A DNA stretch of 64,000 nucleotides from Centroscyllium fabricii (taxonomy: Eukaryota). Position 1 is the first letter of the stretch, and each line of letters starts with the position of its first letter. Below, piece after piece: positions 61,301 to 64,000 of this stretch. Location: contig JBNRSN020000016.1 in assembly GCA_051313645.2 (NCBI GenBank), forward strand, positions 65,596,001 to 65,660,000. The letters run 5' to 3'. Below the pieces are notes generated by a model that did not search any database, was not told the origin of the DNA, and saw only the letters and a program-made list of their open reading frames with translations. Both the position numbers and the translations under genes were made by a program.

Positions 61301-62888
61301 GCAGGAGTAGGCCAATCGGCCCCTCGAGCCTGCTCCGCCATTCAACAAGATCATGGCTGATCTGATCCTAACCTCAATTATATTTTTACTCTCCACCCCA
61401 CCCAGACCAATGTGATCACCTGGGAGAGGCGAAAAACCAGATTAAAAAACCAGTAGCCAATTTGGGAGAAGAAAATCAGGAAAATTCCTCTCCCACCCAT
61501 CTAGGCGATCGAAAACTGGTCCAGGAGATCACATGGCCGATCTGAACCTAGCCTCACGTCCACTTACCTGCCCGCTCACCATAACCCCTAATTCTCTTTA
61601 ATTCCAGGAAACTGTCTATCTCAGTTTTAAATTTATTCAACGTAGTAGCTTCCACAGCTCTCTGGGGCAGCAAATTCCACAGCCCCACCACCCTCTGAGT
61701 GAAGAAGTTCCTCCTCATCTCAGTTTTGAAATGGCAGCCCCTTATTTTAAGATTATGCCCCCTAGTCCTAGTTTCACCCACCATTGGGAACATCCTCACC
61801 GCATCCACCCGATCAAGCCCTCTCACAATCTTATATGTTTCAATAAGATTGCTTCTCATTCTTCTTCAAATCATGGCACTGATTTGCCCAAATTCTGCTG
61901 CCAATGACGTGGGTGAGCTGATGTGAATATTTACCCTCGCTCACCATTAACTGTAAAAATAAAAATCTTACAAATTCACTGTCTGGTGGATGGAACGAGT
62001 GTTCGCTCTCTCTTTGAGTCTATACTGCAAGCTTTAATTGTGATATTCTGAAGCACCTGAATATAGGTGATCTGTGGATCTAGATTTGTACAGCTATGAA
62101 AACTGGGGCTTATCATCTGGAACAATTGAAACACATACTGTAGAAGTAAAACTGAATTTCATTGTGGTGGGGGATTTTTGTTCCACAAGGTTAGTTTTTA
62201 CTGTTTTTATTCTGCATTTTGAATGTAGAGCATATGCAGACTTCAAGAAGCTCTTATAGCATAGGAAGTTATTAATCTATTGATAATGCAGAGTGATGCC
62301 ATTTACAAGAAAAATCAAAATGACTGATTGGAAAACTAAGCTTGTTAATTTAGACAAGGCAATTCAGCCTTCAGGAAAAAAGGACATTTAGCAATTCAAT
62401 ATCCTTTAAATATGTTTAAATGATGAGACTGACTAATGATGTAAGGTTAAGCCCTTAAGAAAACTGCAAGTATAATTTATTTTCAGGCATAATTTATTTT
62501 CAGTTTTCTGGTAAAACAATGTGGGAAATTATAGCTCGCAACACAAAGCAGGAATAATGGGTAATCTGTAATTTATTCATATTGTCAAACTTGACAGAAC
62601 TACAGATGTGAAACAGTAAAACCAATTGGTGATGAAATATCCAAAAGCAAAGCTTTCATGACAAACCTGCACATATTTAAGAAATAGATTTTTTTTAAAC
62701 CCTGAACGTGTAATTTGCTCACCTCTCTAATCCTTGCTGACCAGATTACTGAGCTGCTAAAAGGCATTGTACTAATCCAGATAATCCATTTTCATTCCTT
62801 ATTTTTAACAGAAGGAGCTTAGTTTGTTGTCATTTTATTGCAGGTGGAAAAATTATTGCGAGCTATAGCTGATGGGGATGTAGAAATG
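6213..62888 (+). CDS. ANKRD27: ANKRD27 (VARP) gene, internal part: 19 coding exons joined in frame (653 codons); 5' and 3' exons outside window
   Basis: Exon translations follow vertebrate ANKRD27 in order ([78 protein letters not shown], ankyrin TPLH repeats, [15 protein letters not shown]). All have AG acceptors and GT donors (one GC) with consistent phases. Confidence 0.97.
6683..6839 (+). CDS. ANKRD27: ANKRD27 exon (EVTIRGN...ERNSSP)
   Basis: ttccAG acceptor; G|GTAAGT donor; [21 protein letters not shown]. Confidence 0.95.
8786..9830 (+). pseudogene. Harbinger (HARBI1-like, DDE_Tnp_4) transposase pseudogene, element 1
   Basis: [52 protein letters not shown], acidic tail; frameshifts, stops and start mutated to ATA. 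Confidence 0.9.
11124..11445 (+). mobile_element. V-SINE (HE1-like) inside intron 2 of the element-1 Myb gene
   Basis: Same head and V-domain as 3974 copy; tail GATTCTAT repeats. Confidence 0.85.
11720..12499 (+). mobile_element. 5'-truncated CR1 LINE inside intron 1 of the element-1 Myb gene
   Basis: [43 protein letters not shown]; flanked by GTTGA on both sides. Confidence 0.9.
13691..14900 (+). pseudogene. Harbinger transposase pseudogene, element 2
   Basis: [66 protein letters not shown], poly-D/E tail; frameshifts. Confidence 0.92.
16389..18376 (-). pseudogene. Harbinger ORF2 Myb/SANT-like gene, element 2; 3 exons (18376-18113, 17769-17609, 17452-16389)
   Basis: [15 protein letters not shown]...AWLQVAEGV...[13 protein letters not shown]|gtaagt; [18 protein letters not shown]; MERMA coiled coil; C-terminal RRSTRKRK. 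Confidence 0.85.
19310..19781. mobile_element. hAT-type MITE with internal 50-bp tandem repeat (x4, ~19378-19570)
   Basis: Ends AGCGTTCCCCAACC / GGTTGGGGACCAC; 8-bp TSD TATTATTG on both sides. Confidence 0.82.
19844..20045 (-). mobile_element. Probable solo LTR
   Basis: TGATAATAAA.../...TTTATTAACA inverted ends; TATAAAG and AATAAA on - strand; TSD not clear. Confidence 0.5.
20748..20902 (+). CDS. ANKRD27: ANKRD27 exon (DENPSAVD...KSLRHHI)
   Basis: ttttcAG acceptor; GTTAGT donor; phase matches previous exon. Confidence 0.94.
21175..23096 (+). mobile_element. Gypsy LTR retrotransposon, CsRn1-like clade: 5' LTR (~21175-21430), PBS, gag, protease, RT truncated at YLDD
   Basis: PBS TGGTGACCCC (tRNA-Trp type) right after ...CCTACA; gag ALKLPSFW and Cx2Hx9Cx3C motif ([18 protein letters not shown]); protease FLCDTGA; [39 protein letters not shown]. 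Confidence 0.9.
23095..23962 (-). mobile_element. CR1 LINE 3' fragments (rearranged, two pieces)
   Basis: [31 protein letters not shown] on - strand; CR1 tail. Confidence 0.88.
23963..25395. repeat. 17-bp minisatellite (GCCCCCCCACTCTCTCT)n, roughly 80+ copies
   Basis: Direct inspection; translation periodicity of 17 aa = 3 units; 15-16-bp variant units at the right end. Confidence 0.97.
26066..27322 (+). mobile_element. CR1 LINE 3' part (RT C-terminus) with extended 3' UTR
   Basis: [37 protein letters not shown]; (TTCTTATG)n tail. Confidence 0.92.
27674..27860. mobile_element. Penelope-like element remnant (inverted terminal arrangement)
   Basis: CACAACACCAGGTTATAGTCCAA ... TTGGACTATAACCTGGTGTTGTG inverted; decayed hammerhead core on - strand; shorter copy at ~30521-30608. 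Confidence 0.7.
28730..29218. mobile_element. Tc1/pogo-type MITE, family B
   Basis: TIR CAGGTTGAGCACCGGTAATCC / GGATTACCGGTGTTCAACCTG; TG/TA flanks. Confidence 0.82.
29411..29470 (+). CDS. ANKRD27: ANKRD27 exon ([20 protein letters not shown])
   Basis: acAG/GTAAGT; 60 nt. Confidence 0.93.
29609..29662 (+). CDS. ANKRD27: ANKRD27 exon ([18 protein letters not shown])
   Basis: ttAG/GTATGT; 54 nt. Confidence 0.93.
29763..29828 (+). CDS. ANKRD27: ANKRD27 exon ([22 protein letters not shown])
   Basis: tgcAG/GTATGA; 66 nt. Confidence 0.93.
29972..30875. mobile_element. Harbinger-type MITE with AT-rich core
   Basis: GGCCCAGAAATT / AATTTCTGGGCC; flanks ATT/AAT. Confidence 0.78.
31030..31106 (+). 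CDS. ANKRD27: ANKRD27 exon ([25 protein letters not shown])
   Basis: gaAG/GTGAGA; 77 nt. Confidence 0.94.
32232..32597 (-). mobile_element. Solo LTR
   Basis: TGT...ACA ends; TATAAAG and AATAAA on - strand; flanks CAAAT/AAAAT. Confidence 0.68.
32722..33561. mobile_element. Harbinger-type MITE
   Basis: TIR GGGCCAGGTTTTCCTCTG / CAGAGGAAAACCTGGCCC; flanks ATT/ACT. Confidence 0.82.
34213..34852. mobile_element. Harbinger-type MITE related to 29972 copy
   Basis: GGCACGTAATTTCCGATC / GATCAGAAATTACGGACT; AAT TSD; shared GACCTGTCAAAAGTATGAA and AACGGGGCTAAAAA. Confidence 0.75.
35334..36146. mobile_element. Harbinger-type MITE related to 32722 copy
   Basis: TIR GGGCCAGAATTTCGGGT / ACCCGAAATTCTGGCCC; flanks ATT/AAT. 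Confidence 0.82.
36198..36319 (+). CDS. ANKRD27: ANKRD27 exon, VPS9 domain ([14 protein letters not shown]...QSPSQR)
   Basis: tttcAG/GTCAGT; 122 nt. Confidence 0.95.
36436..36693 (-). mobile_element. 5'-truncated V-SINE (HE1-like)
   Basis: Reverse complement of 3' half of 54908 copy; (TTCTATGT)n tail. Confidence 0.8.
38125..39236 (-). mobile_element. CR1 LINE (-) interrupted at ~38763-39093 by the 3' end of another CR1 (+)
   Basis: [31 protein letters not shown] on -; inserted piece matches 26990-27310. Confidence 0.87.
39282..39360 (+). CDS. ANKRD27: ANKRD27 exon, VPS9 domain ([25 protein letters not shown])
   Basis: ttttcAG/GTAAGT; VPS9 ADD motif. Confidence 0.95.
39561..40370. mobile_element. 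Tc1/pogo-type MITE family A carrying a family-B end and a GT-rich minisatellite
   Basis: TA-CAGGTACACAATCCTTTATCCG ... CGGATAAGGGATTGTGTACCTA-TA; TACAGGTTGAACACCG at ~39679; GGTCAGGTGGTGTGTGAG repeats 39765-40105. Confidence 0.8.
40558..40690 (+). CDS. ANKRD27: ANKRD27 exon, VPS9 domain ([12 protein letters not shown]...LGQP)
   Basis: tacAG/GTAAGA; [14 protein letters not shown]. Confidence 0.95.
42768..42860 (+). CDS. ANKRD27: ANKRD27 exon ([31 protein letters not shown])
   Basis: tatAG/GTAAAT; 93 nt. Confidence 0.92.
42928..43781. mobile_element. Harbinger-type MITE with internal long palindrome
   Basis: TIR GGGCCCTGTTTTCCTGTG / CACAGGAAAACAGGGCCC; ATT TSD on both sides. Confidence 0.85.
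44215..44546 (+). mobile_element. CpG-rich solo LTR
   Basis: TGT...ACA ends; TATA-like at ~44435, AATAAA at 44482; abrupt GC/CpG contrast; TSD not evident. Confidence 0.7.
44968..45157. mobile_element. Penelope-like element remnant with inverted repeat and minimal hammerhead
   Basis: AGGCAGCATC..GGAGAGAGAAA / TTTCTCTCC..GATGCTGCCT inverted; CTGACGA...GAAAC core. Confidence 0.75.
45031..45065 (+). ncRNA. Minimal type I hammerhead ribozyme-like motif (Penelope-associated)
   Basis: GTT-CTGACGA-A-GGGTC-TTC-GACCT-GAAAC-GTT-AAC: core boxes, stem II, palindromic stem III, short stem I. Confidence 0.6.
45356..45483 (+). CDS. ANKRD27: ANKRD27 exon with [10 protein letters not shown] zinc-fingernail (VPS29-binding motif in mammalian VARP)
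   Basis: tgcAG/GTAAGG; [16 protein letters not shown]...[17 protein letters not shown]. Confidence 0.95.
47058..47140 (+). CDS. ANKRD27: ANKRD27 exon ([27 protein letters not shown])
   Basis: tgtAG/GTAAGC; ankyrin TPLH. Confidence 0.95.
47344..47459 (+). CDS. ANKRD27: ANKRD27 exon ([38 protein letters not shown])
   Basis: caAG/GTAAGC; ankyrin repeat. Confidence 0.95.
47898..47990 (+). CDS. ANKRD27: ANKRD27 exon ([31 protein letters not shown])
   Basis: tatAG/GTAAGT; ankyrin repeat. Confidence 0.95.
48315..48567 (-). mobile_element. L2 LINE 3' end
   Basis: - strand TGTGAAATGCTTTGGGATGTTTT...(TTG)n tail; [16 protein letters not shown]. Confidence 0.72.
48568..49186 (-). mobile_element. CR1 LINE 3' fragment inserted into the L2
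   Basis: [47 protein letters not shown]. Confidence 0.9.
50022..51630 (-). mobile_element. CR1 LINE RT fragment (second family; tail also at ~31485-31645)
   Basis: [56 protein letters not shown]; (CTATGACT)n tail. Confidence 0.92.
51963..52190 (-). mobile_element. Old SINE remnant, SacSINE1/DeuSINE-like
   Basis: L2-type tail GGACATCCCAAAGCACTTT and AAGTACTTTTGAAGT..TCACTGTTGTAATGTAGG; recognised by eye. Confidence 0.55.
52310..53071. mobile_element. Harbinger-type MITE (left end decayed)
   Basis: Right end CAATTTCTGGCCC-AAT; A-rich core with TACTTACC motifs like 29972 copy. Confidence 0.6.
53201..54021. mobile_element. Harbinger-type non-autonomous element
   Basis: GGGCTGGATTTT / AAAATCCTGCCC; related to 4388-5192. 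Confidence 0.75.
54187..54384 (+). CDS. ANKRD27: ANKRD27 exon (CVKALVYY...[13 protein letters not shown]...[12 protein letters not shown])
   Basis: tgcAG/GTAGTA; 198 nt; ankyrin repeats. Confidence 0.95.
54908..55300 (+). mobile_element. V-SINE (HE1-like)
   Basis: B box, V-domain and CR1 tail as in 3974 copy. Confidence 0.87.
56163..56199 (+). promoter_or_regulatory. TATA box plus Inr core promoter of the transposase
   Basis: TATATAAAAAGGGG at 56163 and TCAGT at 56195, about 30 bp apart, 45 bp upstream of ATG. Confidence 0.6.
56243..57729 (+). CDS. Harbinger DDE transposase, two segments 56243-57315 + 57513-57729 (429 aa if the 197-nt insert is spliced)
   Basis: [80 protein letters not shown]; second segment ends [10 protein letters not shown]; no disablements apart from the insert. 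Confidence 0.92.
58614..58673 (+). CDS. ANKRD27: ANKRD27 exon ([20 protein letters not shown])
   Basis: tacAG/GTAACT; 60 nt, positional homology. Confidence 0.88.
58931..59050 (+). CDS. ANKRD27: ANKRD27 exon ([18 protein letters not shown]...KGKYKE)
   Basis: tatAG/GTGAAA; 120 nt Ser-rich linker. Confidence 0.88.
59632..60201. mobile_element. Tc1/pogo-type MITE family B
   Basis: TA-CAGGTTGAACACCGTTAAT / ATTAACGGTGCTCAACCTG-TA. Confidence 0.83.
60445..61130 (+). mobile_element. Older CR1 LINE 3' fragment
   Basis: [29 protein letters not shown]; GGGCCAAATGGCCTG tail. Confidence 0.85.
61275..61865 (-). mobile_element. CR1 LINE 3' end, same family as 26066 copy
   Basis: [30 protein letters not shown]...; extended 3' UTR; (TTCTTATG)n tail. 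Confidence 0.9.
62844..62888 (+). CDS. ANKRD27: ANKRD27 exon ([15 protein letters not shown])
   Basis: tgcAG/GTAAGT; 45 nt. Confidence 0.93.
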
Positions 62889-63449
62889 GTAAGTACAGTA
62901 CTGCCAACAGAAACGGTACCTTTAAATTATTTGGAAGGATGGATGTGGGATCTCTTTGCTAGTTTTGACTGGTTTTATTTTTGATAAAATTGCGAGTACC
63001 ATTACTTGAAAATGACTCTAGCTTTTGTGATTTCAAAGTACAGTATTACATTTTATGAATGGGACCTTAGAGTTTACCTTGTGCATGTGCAGATATTTGT
63101 CCAGTCTGAAACATCGCCCTCTAGGCTGTTAAGGAGCTGATATAAAACTTTCTTTGGAAAATAATTGAAGGGATATTTGATTTAAAAATGGTGTTTTTTA
63201 AATATTTTGATTATACACAGTGAAACCTTAGCTTAAGATCTACAACAATATAAATTAAAAACAGCCTTGAAATATTCTTGTTTTGTTTTTTGTTGATCCA
63301 AATTGCATTTTGATTCCCAAGAAGTCAGAAGCAACATTTTGAGAAATACAGTAAAAATAGATGTTTTAGGAACGTTTCATCCTACAATATTAAACTCTGG
63401 TAGTAAAAAAAAAAAAACAGTACTCTAGATTTCTATTGATTTTTTACTG

Positions 63450-64000
63450 ATATACCATTTTCGATACTGTTGAGGGGGATGACTTACATGGGGAAGGCAG
63501 CAACCGACTTCCTGGCACCAGGGGTGGTTCTGCTGCAGTGGGAGAGCTATAGTAATAGGGGATTCTGTTGTAAGGAGAATAGATAGACGTTTCTGCGTCC
63601 GCAAACGAGACTCCAGGATGGCGTGTTGCCTCCGTGGTGCAAGGGTCAAAGATGTCTCAGAATGGCTGCAGAACATTTTGGAAGGGGAGAGTGAACAGCC
63701 AGTTGTCCTGGTGCATATAGGTACCAACGATATAGGTAAAAAACGGGGTGAGGTTCTAAAAGCTGAATATAGGGAGTTAGGAGGTAAATTAAAAAATAGG
63801 ACCTCAAAGATAGTAATCTCAAGATTGCTTCCAGTGCCACATGCTAGTCAGAGTAGAAATAGAAAGATATTTCAGATGAATACGTGGCTAGAGGAATGGT
63901 GTAAGGGGGAGGGATTCAAATTCCTGGGACATTGGAAACGGTTCTGGGGAAGGTGGGACCAGTACAAACAGGAAGGTTTACATCTGGGCAGGGCTGAGAC
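63450..64000 (+). mobile_element. CR1 LINE ORF1 SGNH esterase-like domain (runs off window)
   Basis: AIVIGDSVVRRID, CCLRGARVKDV, VLVHIGTNDIG, NTWLEEWC.GEGFKFL, GLHL. Confidence 0.88.

Overview
This is eukaryotic, transposon-rich vertebrate DNA, very probably from a cartilaginous fish (shark or ray), judged from HE1/V-SINE-type SINEs, HER1/CR1-type LINE tails and SacSINE-like remnants. The + strand carries 19 consecutive coding exons (6213-62888, 653 codons in frame) of ANKRD27/VARP, covering the VPS9 domain, the first CHPLCxCxxC zinc-fingernail and the first ankyrin block. The start codon and 3' exons lie outside the window. Introns are packed with mobile DNA: two decayed two-gene PIF/Harbinger transposons nested one inside the other (8327-18731), a young 2.6-kb Harbinger with an intact transposase (55684-58278), many Harbinger, Tc1/pogo and hAT MITEs, a truncated CsRn1-clade Gypsy element, four solo LTRs, CR1, L2, Rex1 and Penelope fragments, and a 1.4-kb 17-bp minisatellite. 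The most striking observation is in the young Harbinger. A LINE-like 3' fragment inserted with a CCAGGTA target-site duplication, creating a 197-nt GT-AG intron whose removal restores the transposase exactly. All family assignments are by eye; no database searches were run.
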